Assembly: GCA_002496385.1 (NCBI GenBank)
Contig: DAJR01000023.1
Span: 3,651-67,650 of the forward strand
Direction: 5' to 3'
Length of the DNA: 64,000 bases
Origin: Methanomassiliicoccales archaeon UBA147
Lineage (GTDB): Archaea > Thermoplasmatota > Thermoplasmata > SG8-5
Position 1 is the first letter of the stretch; every line of letters begins with the position of its first letter. Made by a program: the position numbers and the translations under genes. Under the pieces are notes generated by a model. The model saw only the letters and a list, made by a program, of their open reading frames with translations. It made no database searches and was not told the origin of the DNA. This document shows positions 17,754 to 27,231 of this stretch, piece after piece.

Positions 17754-18595
17754 TGGGCATGAAAATTGCAATAGCAAGCGGCAAGGGCGGGACAGGCAAG
17801 ACAACCGTGGCGGTGAACCTGGCGCTGAGCCTGGGGAATGTCCAGCTCATCGACTGCGATGTGGAGAATCCGAACGGCCACCTGTTCCTGGGAAAGGAAC
17901 TGGAAGAGGTAGAACCCGTGAATCTGACTGTACCGCTCATAGACAAGGCAAAATGCACGAACTGCGGGAAGTGCGCCGAGTTCTGCCGCTACAACGCTCT
18001 GGTCACGATCAAACAGGCCACACTTTTCTTCCCGGAGATGTGCCACGGCTGCGGCGGCTGCACCCTGGTCTGCCCGGAGAACGCCATCAGCGAAGTTCCC
18101 AGGCCCATCGGCAAGATTTACCATGCAGATGTCGCGGGGATGGATTTCTGGTCAGGGCTGCTGAACATAGGCGAGCCCATGGCCACGCCTGTCATAAAGC
18201 GGCTGAAATACCATGTCGCTGCCTCGAGAACCGTGATACTGGACTCCCCCCCGGGCACTGCCTGCCCGGTGATTGAAACCATGTCCGACGCAGATTTTGT
18301 GATACTTGTAACCGAGCCCACACCATTCGGCCTTCACGACCTGAAACTGGCCGTCGAAGTGGTCCGGCTTCTGGGAATTCCCTTCGGCGTGATAGTTAAC
18401 CGCATGGGCTCGGGAGACGACAGGGTCCAGAGGCACTGCGGGGAAGAGGGCATTGAAGTCCTGATGGAGATACCCCAGGACCAGGGCATAGCCAGGCTTT
18501 ACTCGAAAGGCACGCCCTTCGTGCAGGAAATGCCCGAATGGAAGGCCAAGTTCAGGGACCTCCATGCTGGGATAATGAAGGTGGTGGGACAATGA
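17753..18595 (+). CDS. MinD-superfamily P-loop ATPase with inserted 4Fe-4S ferredoxin domain
   Basis: SGKGGTGKTT, DCDVE.PN, CTNCGKC..C, CHGCGGC...C, DSPPGT.CP, EPTPFG.HDL. Confidence 0.92.
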   Translation: MGMKIAIASGKGGTGKTTVAVNLALSLGNVQLIDCDVENPNGHLFLGKELEEVEPVNLTVPLIDKAKCTNCGKCAEFCRYNALVTIKQATLFFPEMCHGCGGCTLVCPENAISEVPRPIGKIYHADVAGMDFWSGLLNIGEPMATPVIKRLKYHVAASRTVILDSPPGTACPVIETMSDADFVILVTEPTPFGLHDLKLAVEVVRLLGIPFGVIVNRMGSGDDRVQRHCGEEGIEVLMEIPQDQGIARLYSKGTPFVQEMPEWKAKFRDLHAGIMKVVGQ

Positions 18596-19455
18596 AACAG
18601 TTAACTGTCATCAGCGGCAAGGGTGGGACAGGCAAGACAACCATCACCGCAGCATTCGCGTCCCTGGCGCGGAATGCGGTGCTGGCGGACTGCGATGTTG
18701 ATGCCGCAGACCTGCATCTCATCCTGAATCCGAAAATCAGGGAGACAATGGAGTTCAAAGGCCTAAAAATCGCAAGGAAGGATTCGGACAAATGCATATC
18801 CTGCGGCAAATGCCTGGAGCACTGCCGTTTCAATGCCATTGACGGGAATTTCAACATCAAGGACACCGGGTGCGAGGGCTGCGGCGTGTGCGAGTATGTC
18901 TGCCCCGCAAAGGCCATAACGCTTGTGGACAGGATATCCGGCCATGCCTATCTCTCGGAGACAAGGTTCGGGCCCATGGCCCATGCTGCACTCAAGACTG
19001 CCGAAGAAGCTTCGGGCATGCTGGTTTCCCTTGTGCGGGAGAACGCCAAGCGCCTTGCCAGGGAGCAAAACCGGGATACGGTGATAATCGACGGGCCGCC
19101 GGGCATTGGTTGCCCGGTCATATCGGCCATTGCCGGCGTGGATCTTGTATTGGTGGTATCGGAGCCCACAGTATCGGGCGTTCACGACGCAGAGCGCGTG
19201 TTGGGCGTGGCAAAGCATTTCAGGATACCGGCCATGATGCTGGTGAACAAGGCCGACCTCAACCCCCAGATGGCTGAGAAGCTTGAGAGGTATTGCCTGG
19301 ACAGCGGCGTGAAGCTTGCCGGACGCCTGCCTTACGACAATGTCACGACCGAGGCAATGATCGCCGGGAAGACTGTCATCGAGTACTCGGACGGCGCCTT
19401 CTCGGCAGAGCTTCGCGAGGTGTGGGCGAAGGTGCTGGTGTCCCTGCAGGCCTAA
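18592..19455 (+). CDS. MinD-superfamily P-loop ATPase with inserted 4Fe-4S domain (paralog)
   Basis: SGKGGTGKTT, DCDVDAADL, CISCGKC, CEGCGVC, DGPPGIGCP, EPT.SG.HD. Confidence 0.92.
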   Translation: MKQLTVISGKGGTGKTTITAAFASLARNAVLADCDVDAADLHLILNPKIRETMEFKGLKIARKDSDKCISCGKCLEHCRFNAIDGNFNIKDTGCEGCGVCEYVCPAKAITLVDRISGHAYLSETRFGPMAHAALKTAEEASGMLVSLVRENAKRLAREQNRDTVIIDGPPGIGCPVISAIAGVDLVLVVSEPTVSGVHDAERVLGVAKHFRIPAMMLVNKADLNPQMAEKLERYCLDSGVKLAGRLPYDNVTTEAMIAGKTVIEYSDGAFSAELREVWAKVLVSLQA

Positions 19456-19889
19456 TCATATGCCAACCGGATATTCTCAGCTGCCAGCGTGGGTTTAATC
19501 AACTCCTGCCAGACAGCGGACTCCCATGTTCCCAGCTTGCTGTGCGTCAGAAAATATTTCTGGGGTATCGGGTGTGTCCCCACGACCACCTTGATGCCGT
19601 ATTTCTCGGTGATGAAGTCCCTGAATCTTGCTATGTTGGGGCAGGGCGGGTATCCGACCACCAGTCCGGTGGCCAGGTGTATCGCTTCCGTGCCGTTCTT
19701 CTTCATCTCCTCGGGCGCGTATTCAATGTTCCCTCCGGGGCATCCGCCGCAGGTGGTGTATCCGACAATCTCCAATGTCTCGTCCTTCGGGTAAATGCTG
19801 AAAGCTCCCTCGCGGTTTCGCGCAGCCCTGAAGCATTTGCCCCCGGCGCAGTTATGGTACCTGTTGCAGATGAATATTCCGATTTTCAT
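19452..19889 (-). CDS. CGGC domain protein
   Basis: C.....CAGGKC, TCGGCPG, PPCP, VVGTH. Confidence 0.9.
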   Translation of the reverse strand: MKIGIFICNRYHNCAGGKCFRAARNREGAFSIYPKDETLEIVGYTTCGGCPGGNIEYAPEEMKKNGTEAIHLATGLVVGYPPCPNIARFRDFITEKYGIKVVVGTHPIPQKYFLTHSKLGTWESAVWQELIKPTLAAENIRLAYD

Positions 19890-19904
19890 GTTTTGGAACG
19901 CTCC

Positions 19905-21179
19905 TCAAACTCCGAACACCATGCCGTCCTCGTCCGGCCTGAAGTCCTTGGCCGGCGTCTCCTTCTTGTGCATGGCTATCTCGTTCCTCACAGTCTCTGC
20001 CAGCCTCTTTATTCCCTCGTCAATCTCCGCGTCCGTGGCATAGGTGAAATTCAACCTCATGGTATTCCTGCCGCTTCTGTCCGCAAAGAACGAGGCTCCG
20101 TGCACATAAGCGACATTGTTCTCCAGCGCTCTCGTGAACATCTCCTTCGTGTCGATGTTCTCCGGCAATGTGACCCAGATAAACATTCCCCCCTCGGGCT
20201 TGGTCCATTTCGCCTCTGCGGGGAAATGCCTGTCCATGGCAGCGAGCATGCGGTCGCGCTTGTGCTTGTAGAGCGATTTGATCTTCTCGAGGTGCTGGTC
20301 CAGATATCCGCGCGTCAGATACTCGGCCGCGATGTGCTGGCCGAATGTGTTCGTGCATAAATCCGCGGCCTGCTTCACTATGATGAGTTTGTTGAGCAGA
20401 TCCTTGTCGGCAATGCACCATGCCACTCTGAATCCGGGGGCCAGAACCTTCGAAAATGTTCCCAGGTAGATCACTCTGCCGTCCTCGTCCATGGTTTTCA
20501 TGGGTTTTATTGCCTGGCCGCTGTACCTGAGCTCCGAGTATGGTGCATCCTCTATCACGACCATGTCGTATTCCCGTGCAATCTCCAGGACGCGCTTACG
20601 CCTCTCCATTGTCATTGTGACGCCGGAGGGATTCTGAAATGCCGGGACCAGGTAAAGGAGCTCGGGGTTGCGCCCGTGCATCTGAAGCTGCTTGATCTTG
20701 TCCTCCAGCGCCTCCGGGTCCATGCCTTCTTCGTCCACCGGGACGCTTTCCAGCAATGCCCCGTAGGACCTGAACGCATTGGTGCCGCCCATGTAAGTGG
20801 GCGCGCCCACGATGACTGTGTCGTCCGGGTCCAGGAATGTCTTGCCGATGAGGTCGAGGGCCTGCTGCGAGCCTGCCGTGATCAGGACATTGTGGTAGTT
20901 GATGTTCATGCCCTTGCCCACCATCCTGTCGGCAATGGCCTTTCTCAGCTCCGTAACACCCTCTGTGGTGCCGTACTGGAGTATGTTGGGCCCCTTCTCG
21001 TCCAAGAGATAATTGCATATCTCCCTTACCTTGTCAACAGGGAAGGCTTCGGGGCTGGGCAGTCCGCCCGCAAACGAGATAACTTCCTTCCTCTCCGTGA
21101 GCTTCAGAAGCTCTCGGATTTCGGACGCTTTCATCTCCTTGGCATTCTTCGAATAAAGATGCGAGAATTTGCTTGGCAT
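19905..21179 (-). CDS. PLP-dependent class I aminotransferase (LysN/aromatic aminotransferase-like)
   Basis: SEIRELL, ISFAGGLP, FQNPSG, ED.PY, GTFSKVLAPG.R, P.GGMF.W, RLNF. Confidence 0.92.
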   Translation of the reverse strand: MPSKFSHLYSKNAKEMKASEIRELLKLTERKEVISFAGGLPSPEAFPVDKVREICNYLLDEKGPNILQYGTTEGVTELRKAIADRMVGKGMNINYHNVLITAGSQQALDLIGKTFLDPDDTVIVGAPTYMGGTNAFRSYGALLESVPVDEEGMDPEALEDKIKQLQMHGRNPELLYLVPAFQNPSGVTMTMERRKRVLEIAREYDMVVIEDAPYSELRYSGQAIKPMKTMDEDGRVIYLGTFSKVLAPGFRVAWCIADKDLLNKLIIVKQAADLCTNTFGQHIAAEYLTRGYLDQHLEKIKSLYKHKRDRMLAAMDRHFPAEAKWTKPEGGMFIWVTLPENIDTKEMFTRALENNVAYVHGASFFADRSGRNTMRLNFTYATDAEIDEGIKRLAETVRNEIAMHKKETPAKDFRPDEDGMVFGV

Positions 21180-21308
21180 TCATATACCTCCTTGCACACT
21201 GGCAGAGTTCCGGAAGACACGGGCTCCCTGCACCTGTCTGGTAATTGTTCTTTGCTAATATACCTGTCGGAAATCGAGCCAACAGAAACAAAGGCGCGCA
21301 CTTTATTA

Positions 21309-22856
21309 ATGGCCGAAGATATAAGGCAGGCCATGTCCCGCCCCAGCATACTGAGGATGACCGAGCCCCTCTCCACCCGGGAGGGGAAGCTCACGCTTCT
21401 GGCACTGCTCATGATGCTTTACGTGATGGCCCTCCTTGCGTCGATATCCGTGCACGAACTGCTCGGGCACGGGCTTTTCGCGGCCCTTCTCGGCGGAGAC
21501 GTTTACGCATTCTACCTGTCCCCGGGAAGCGGTTTCGTGTCATTCTGGCTTCCCCCCGCCATGACTGCCGCCCAGGTAGCCCTGGTATACATGGCCGGCA
21601 TCCTCGTCCAGCTCCTGATAGGGACCATTGTCCTGTTCCTGGTCATCCCCAGAATCAAGAATTTCATGCTTGGCCTCTTCGCTCTCATGTTCTGCATCGG
21701 CATGACAGTCCATTCCTCCCTCTACCTTTTCATGGGCTACATCTACGATTACGGCGATACGAGGTATGCCGCCAGCATTTTGCGGGTGCAGCCCGATGCA
21801 TTCATGGTCGCGGGAATGATTATCACGGGATTTTTCATAATCGCGCTCTCCGTGGTCGCGCTCAGGTTCCTGGGCCGGTTCATGGACCTGGAGAACGACC
21901 GCAATCGCACAGGGGCCCTGGCCATTATCTGGCTCCCTGCGCTCCTGCTCAGCGGAGCGATTTCCTTCATTTTATCCTTGATGCTTCCGCATTCCGAGAT
22001 GGCTTATCCTCTCATCAACTCCGCCATTCTGATGCTCTTCGTGGCCACTGCCCTGTTCCTTGTTCCCATATTCACCGAGCCAGTAAAGGGAATCGAGCAT
22101 AGGATATCCTTCCGCAGCGTGCTGTCGGTTGTGATTTGCTTCATGGTGATACTGGCCGGTTGGGCGGGGATTTTCGGTATGTCCCAGGAGTCGGCCCGCG
22201 GCGTCCTGCTCCACGACCCCCCACTCCAGGTGGAGAATTTTTACTCGGATTACTCGCTGGGCAACGCGAACCTTCATGCTTATTCCAACGGAACCCTGAA
22301 GATTGACATCGTCCTCAGGAATATGATGGATTCTCCTTCCCCTCTCGACGAGAAGATATACCGCACATTCGACCGGCGCCCGGACTGGGACAGGTACATC
22401 GCACGCTCCAGGGGCATGCTCGTGACCATGTTCGGCCTTGAAAGAAGCGTCGGGGAGAACCTCACCTTCAGCACGGCACTGGGCACGGCAAGGGCACCGG
22501 GCATCGAGGACGAATTCGGAAGAATATGCACGACTTACATCTCCCTGGCCGGAACAAGGCAGATACACATGACGCCGGGCGAGCTGATTCCTCATCCGGA
22601 GATATCCCTGGTGTCGGGAGACTACAAGGTTGGCTTCATTGACCCATGGAACAACCAGGGCGGATACCTGGACGGGGTCACGGTGTCCTGGGATCCGGGC
22701 ATGGTGCCGCTGGAAATCATCGCATGGAACCGTGCCAACCCTTCCATTCCTTACAGCCTGGGAAGCCCGGAAGAGAACAGGGTCGGCTGGAGCAATGTGA
22801 ACATAGAAGAATCTCCAGCGAATTACCGGGTCGTTCTGAATCGGAGCGATGATTGA
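21309..22856 (+). CDS. Polytopic membrane protein, M50-like intramembrane metalloprotease candidate with a C-terminal extracellular domain
   Basis: VHELLGHG in TM1, ..AG.. and YGD motifs, several TM helices. Confidence 0.6.
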   Translation: MAEDIRQAMSRPSILRMTEPLSTREGKLTLLALLMMLYVMALLASISVHELLGHGLFAALLGGDVYAFYLSPGSGFVSFWLPPAMTAAQVALVYMAGILVQLLIGTIVLFLVIPRIKNFMLGLFALMFCIGMTVHSSLYLFMGYIYDYGDTRYAASILRVQPDAFMVAGMIITGFFIIALSVVALRFLGRFMDLENDRNRTGALAIIWLPALLLSGAISFILSLMLPHSEMAYPLINSAILMLFVATALFLVPIFTEPVKGIEHRISFRSVLSVVICFMVILAGWAGIFGMSQESARGVLLHDPPLQVENFYSDYSLGNANLHAYSNGTLKIDIVLRNMMDSPSPLDEKIYRTFDRRPDWDRYIARSRGMLVTMFGLERSVGENLTFSTALGTARAPGIEDEFGRICTTYISLAGTRQIHMTPGELIPHPEISLVSGDYKVGFIDPWNNQGGYLDGVTVSWDPGMVPLEIIAWNRANPSIPYSLGSPEENRVGWSNVNIEESPANYRVVLNRSDD

Positions 22857-22862
22857 AAATAT

Positions 22863-23045
22863 CTACATTTCGTCGATGCCCATTGATAAAAGGACAGCCA
22901 GGCCGAACCAGCTGAGCATGAGTATCATCAGAGGGAGCGAACCCCATCCCAGGAACACCTGGATTGCCAGGAATATCAGCGGCACTCCGAAGCCGAGAAA
23001 GCCGAACAGCATTTTCCTGCCCTTGTCTTCGATGAACTGGTTCAT
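22863..23045 (-). CDS. Small two-TM hypothetical protein
   Basis: 60-aa hydrophobic ORF with a TTTATA box upstream. Confidence 0.6.
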   Translation of the reverse strand: MNQFIEDKGRKMLFGFLGFGVPLIFLAIQVFLGWGSLPLMILMLSWFGLAVLLSMGIDEM

Positions 23046-23127
23046 ACACCCGAAGGATGCGGAGGGGGTATAAAAAACTTAACTATGCCGGTATTAGGTC
23101 AAGATTCTCTAGTTGCCACCATCTGTA

Positions 23128-23350
23128 ATTTTAGATTGTAGATTGACGATTTTAGATTTTTGTTCACGGCATGATGGGTTATCAATTCTTTTTGTAACGG
23201 GGGCTAGGGTCTTTACCTGCAAAATGGTGTAAAGGGTCTAGGGTCTTTGGTTGTAAAATGAGATAAAGGGTCTAGGGGTTGCTGGCTGTCGTGAACAGCC
23301 AGCACAAAACATATGTTGGCAACCCTAGACCCTAGTCCCTAGACCCAGAC
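23128..23350. repeat. Intergenic composite repeat: heptamer runs, three 34-nt-period units and inverted repeats
   Basis: ATTTTAG/ATTGTAG/ATTGACG run at 23128-23160; CTAGGG at 23204, 23238, 23272; hairpin 23281-23303; CCCTAGA run at 23323-23350. Confidence 0.75.
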
Positions 23351-23410
23351 ATATAAAATTGTTAAGCTTCATTCCAACAATCGCATACATATGCCCAAGT
23401 AGTTTTATGT

Positions 23411-24079
23411 TCAGATGCCGGCAGCCTTCCTCAGGGCAGCAATCTCTCCCTCCGGCCCCCTCTTGCCCCTGAACACGGCCGAGCCAGCCACGATGACGGT
23501 CGCTCCGGCCCTGACAGCATCCGCAACGTTGTGCTCGTTGATGCCCCCGTCCACCTCTATCTCCGTACCGAGTCCTGACCTGTCAACGGCTGTTCTGGCC
23601 TCGGTAATCTTGGCGAAATGCTCTGTCATACATTTCTGCCCGCCGAAGCCCGGGTTCACTGTCATGATGACGACCATGTCAAGCTCAGGAAGGTATGGCT
23701 CGATGCCAGAAAACGGGTTGCACGGGTTGAGGGCCATGCCGACCTTCGCGCCCAGGTCCCTAATGTGCCTGATGGTCTCTCTAGGCTCATCCCCCGATTC
23801 AATGTGGAAGGTCAGCCAGTCGCTTCCCGCCTCCACGAATTGCTGTGCGTACTGCTTCGGGTGCGTGATCATGAGATGCGTGTCGAACGGTATCTCCGAG
23901 ACCGCCTTCAGCTCCCTGGCGAATGCCGGCCCGAAGGTGATGTTCGGGACGAAGTTCCCGTCCATAACGTCCAGATGCACGAAGTCCGCCCCGCTCCTGT
24001 TAAGAACGCGGATGGCATCGCCCAGCCCGGTTAGGTCCGCCGATAGGATGGAAGGCGCAATCCTGACTTTCCGTGTCAT
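23411..24079 (-). CDS. rpe: Ribulose-phosphate 3-epimerase
   Basis: APSILSAD, HLDVMDG.FVPNITFG, DTHLM, MTVNPGFGGQ, VDGGIN, VAGSA. Confidence 0.96.
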   Translation of the reverse strand: MTRKVRIAPSILSADLTGLGDAIRVLNRSGADFVHLDVMDGNFVPNITFGPAFARELKAVSEIPFDTHLMITHPKQYAQQFVEAGSDWLTFHIESGDEPRETIRHIRDLGAKVGMALNPCNPFSGIEPYLPELDMVVIMTVNPGFGGQKCMTEHFAKITEARTAVDRSGLGTEIEVDGGINEHNVADAVRAGATVIVAGSAVFRGKRGPEGEIAALRKAAGI

Positions 24080-24097
24080 GGTTATACGGCCTCCGGA

Positions 24098-24271
24098 TCA
24101 ATTGTACATGTCCAGGAATCTCTGGTTCGACGGAATGGCGTCATACTCTTCCTGGCCGTCGTCCATCTCCATGACAATGTTGACTAGTGAGTTCACCACT
24201 TCCTGCATGTGCTTGAGTTCTGTACGGAGCTGTCTTATCTCCTCAATGAGTTCCTGGTTCGTCTTGTCCAT
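24098..24271 (-). CDS. Small coiled-coil acidic protein (57 aa; not in ORF track)
   Basis: GGGAGG RBS; MDKTNQELIEEIRQLRTELKHMQEVVNSLVNIVMEMDDGQEEYDAIPSNQRFLDMYN*; fills the gap upstream of rpe. Confidence 0.75.
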   Translation of the reverse strand: MDKTNQELIEEIRQLRTELKHMQEVVNSLVNIVMEMDDGQEEYDAIPSNQRFLDMYN

Positions 24272-24332
24272 GAGATTCCTCCCTTTCCATAGCTACATGA
24301 AATCGGCATTAAATATATTTGCGCCCTGAATA

Positions 24333-24905
24333 TCATTTGTTCCTTGCCTCGGGCGTGAAGGCCATGAAGTCACAGGCCAGTTTGCGGTGTTCATGTTTCT
24401 CGCAGTCCTCGCACCAAAGCTTTCCGGATTTTCCCGACAGCAAGCCGCGGCAACGCCCGCACCTGGCTTTCAGCACGCCGAATTTCTCCTCTTTTGTCGA
24501 AAGCTGGAGGGAAGGGGTGACCTGCACCACCCTGGCCCGCACAAGGTCCCCGATGCGGAATTCCTTCCTGGCATCGTCCGTGTACCCCTCTGAAATCTTG
24601 GCCACGTGTATCGCCCCGTTCTCCCCCGCTCCGAAACTCCTGCCGGTTTCATCCAGGCCGAATACGGCCACAGTTGCAAGGCTGTTGGTGACATTCCCCA
24701 CCTCTCCCAGGATCACATCGCCGGGCCTCAGTTGCGAGACTCTCTTGATTTCCAGGACGCTGACCGTCTTCTCGGCGTCATCGAACCTGACCGCGCCCAT
24801 GACCGCAGCGAAAATGGCGCCGTCCCTCTCGTATGTGCCCGGTCCCGGCATGTATTCCTCTCCGGCAGCGATTCTGTCCCCGGGCATGGTCGGGCCGTCC
24901 GTCAT
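24333..24905 (-). CDS. csl4: Exosome complex RNA-binding protein Csl4
   Basis: PGD.I...EEY.PG.GTY, S1 domain (IHV..IS, FRIGD.VRA.V), CGRC...CEDC...E.RKLA zinc ribbon. Confidence 0.92.
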   Translation of the reverse strand: MTDGPTMPGDRIAAGEEYMPGPGTYERDGAIFAAVMGAVRFDDAEKTVSVLEIKRVSQLRPGDVILGEVGNVTNSLATVAVFGLDETGRSFGAGENGAIHVAKISEGYTDDARKEFRIGDLVRARVVQVTPSLQLSTKEEKFGVLKARCGRCRGLLSGKSGKLWCEDCEKHEHRKLACDFMAFTPEARNK

Positions 24906-25501
24906 GGCCTCACCGCCCTGATCATCGTCACATCGAACATGGCTTTTTCCTTGCTGTGGAATGCGAATGTATGCCTTATCTCGAATTTATATTTTTTCTC
25001 GAGGGCAACAGCCCATCCCGATTTTGCAATCCTTTTCCTCAGGAATCCGACTGTTTCGGAATTGTGCAGGCTGTAAACGGTGCCAGCGATTTCCATTGCC
25101 TTGTCCAGGAACGGGAGGTCAGCGTGCCTGTTCTGCGAGCCGAAAGGTGGATTCATTATGCATGTATCATAATGGCCCGCAGCCTCCTCGACCGGGGCAC
25201 ATATGTACTCCACGTCACAGCCCGCAGTAAGCGCGTTCCTCCTGGCCGCTTCAATTGCCTTCTCATCTATATCCAGCCCCGAAGCACTTGCCGCTCCCAG
25301 CAGGCAGGCCCCGATGGAAAATATGCCGGCGCCGCACCCCAGGTCGATGATTTTCCTGGCTTCAATGTCCCCGAATCCCTGGGCGATGTAAAGCACATCG
25401 GCCGCGATCTTCGCGGGAGTCGGATACTGCTCGAGACTGGCCCTCGGTTCCGAGAATCCCTCAAGCCTCTGGAGCGTTATTTCCAGGTCTCTCTGCTTCA
25501 T
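24902..25501 (-). CDS. METTL5 family RNA N6-adenine methyltransferase
   Basis: LEQYPTP, DLGCGAG, NPPFG, YSLH, FH. Confidence 0.92.
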   Translation of the reverse strand: MKQRDLEITLQRLEGFSEPRASLEQYPTPAKIAADVLYIAQGFGDIEARKIIDLGCGAGIFSIGACLLGAASASGLDIDEKAIEAARRNALTAGCDVEYICAPVEEAAGHYDTCIMNPPFGSQNRHADLPFLDKAMEIAGTVYSLHNSETVGFLRKRIAKSGWAVALEKKYKFEIRHTFAFHSKEKAMFDVTMIRAVRP

Positions 25502-25645
25502 GCGGCATTACAATGTTGGTGTGTTAAAAAAATTTGGGGTGGTATTCCCCCGATGTTAAATGTCATGGTATATCGGCGATTTTCGACAGAATCGTAATTG
25601 TCAAACAAAACTATTTACGGCACCGACGCCATATTTCTCCAATTG

Positions 25646-25777
25646 ATGATAGTGGTGAAGATTTCGGATGAATTGGAATACAAGGTCGAAAAGCTTCAGA
25701 AGGGGTTCGAGGTATCGGAGAATATACCTAAGTTCATTATAAAGGGCGAGAAGCACTCGGCTTTGTCTCCCAGATAA
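25646..25777 (+). CDS. Possible small protein (43 aa)
   Basis: MIVVKISDELEYKVEKLQKGFEVSENIPKFIIKGEKHSALSPR*; protein-like composition; ends just before the convergent TPR gene; weak RBS. Confidence 0.35.
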   Translation: MIVVKISDELEYKVEKLQKGFEVSENIPKFIIKGEKHSALSPR

Positions 25778-25789
25778 TATTTTCCGGCC

Positions 25790-27055
25790 TCATTCCAGGC
25801 GCTCGATGGTCTTCAAGACCCGCTTCAGCTGCTTTTGCAGATCCAGGTGCTGGTACAGATTGACCGCCCGCCTCAGTTCCGTCTTGGCAGCCTCCCTGTC
25901 GCCCTTGCTCTTGAGGACATTTCCGAGTTCCTCATATGCGCTGGCCAATGAGATCGGATGATTGATCTCGGTGAGAACCATGATTGCCTTCCCGTAATAT
26001 TCAAGCGACTTGGCCCAGTCCTTTTTGGTGGCATACAGCCTGCCGTAGTTCTGGTAAATTCCCCCGATGCCGACCCGGTCCCCGATCTTGTTCAGGACGT
26101 TCAGGCTGTCATCCAGGTTCTTCTTGGCAAGGTCGAATTTTCCCAGCTCGATTAAAGCCTCGCTGGAATTGAACTCCGCCCAGGCCTTCATGTTCATCCA
26201 GCCGCCTTTCATGGCGAATTCCTTGCATTTCTCGAATTCCTTCAGGGAATTGTCCCAATCCTTCAGTCTGAGATAGGTGTCCCCCAGGTTGTTGTGCGCC
26301 CTTGCGATCTCGTACACCTCGTTCGTGTCGCTGAGGTACTTCAGCGCGTTCTGGTAATGGAGTATTGCGTCCTGAAGTTCGTCGCAGTCGGAATGTATGT
26401 TCCCGAGCCCGATATGGGCCGAGCCCAATATCTTCTTGTCCTCTGCCTTCAGGGCGTACTCGATCGCGTTTTCCAGGTACTGGCCCGCTTTCTCGTACAT
26501 TCCCTTGTTCCAGTATATTCCGCCTATGAAATTGGATGACTGGCCGATGGACTTCGGGTCTTTCGCCTCCTCCGCAGCCTCCAGCGCCTGTTCGTAATAC
26601 TCGAGGGCTCGGTCGAACTCCGACCTCTCCTGATGGATGAACCCGAGCCTTCTCAGGTATCTGGAAATCTGTACCTTGTCGTTTGACGTCCTTGCATCGC
26701 CAAGAAGCCTGTTGAAGTATTCGAAGGCCTTGTCCCATTCCGCCGAGAATATGCAAGTCATTCCCAGGTCCTCCAGCATTGTCTGGCGCTTCGATTCGCT
26801 CTTCTCGCCCTCGACGACCTGGTCCAGGTTCTCGAGCTTCTTGATTTCGGAGTATATCTTCCTCGCCTTCTCATAGCCGCCGAATGTCCTCATGACCTCG
26901 GAAAGATTGCTTGCCAGTCTTGGAAGGTCCGTGGGCTCGATATCGTTCGGGTCCGAGCCTATGAGCATGCACTGTTTCTTGACAATGAACCCCCCGATGT
27001 CGCTCATCTCCCTTTCCATGATGGCAAATATCTGCTCGGTCAATTCTTTTGACAT
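25790..27055 (-). CDS. Tetratricopeptide repeat protein
   Basis: Repeated ~40-aa units LG..Y...G....A..YY..AL. Confidence 0.88.
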   Translation of the reverse strand: MSKELTEQIFAIMEREMSDIGGFIVKKQCMLIGSDPNDIEPTDLPRLASNLSEVMRTFGGYEKARKIYSEIKKLENLDQVVEGEKSESKRQTMLEDLGMTCIFSAEWDKAFEYFNRLLGDARTSNDKVQISRYLRRLGFIHQERSEFDRALEYYEQALEAAEEAKDPKSIGQSSNFIGGIYWNKGMYEKAGQYLENAIEYALKAEDKKILGSAHIGLGNIHSDCDELQDAILHYQNALKYLSDTNEVYEIARAHNNLGDTYLRLKDWDNSLKEFEKCKEFAMKGGWMNMKAWAEFNSSEALIELGKFDLAKKNLDDSLNVLNKIGDRVGIGGIYQNYGRLYATKKDWAKSLEYYGKAIMVLTEINHPISLASAYEELGNVLKSKGDREAAKTELRRAVNLYQHLDLQKQLKRVLKTIERLE

Positions 27056-27231
27056 GACCCACCTTTCAATCCAAATCTGCATAGTTGTTCATAGTTTTAA
27101 TGATTTTGCTCAATTCAACCCCATCCGCATAGCATTGATAAAATGTTTGGTTCAATTTCATGGGCCATGGCTGGCATAAATGGCTTCATGTTTAAGTATT
27201 AGCAATTGAATACGGGGGCGAGGAGTTTCCG

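Noticed and set aside
20676-21308. N-terminal extension of the 726-aa track ORF (similarly 1797-2426 and 34010-34765)
   Set aside because: These overlap real genes (aminotransferase, folD, wzm); the true starts are downstream.
23195-23282. 34-nt periodic units as a mini CRISPR array
   Set aside because: The segments between repeats are only about 15 nt and resemble each other; there are no cas genes or leader.
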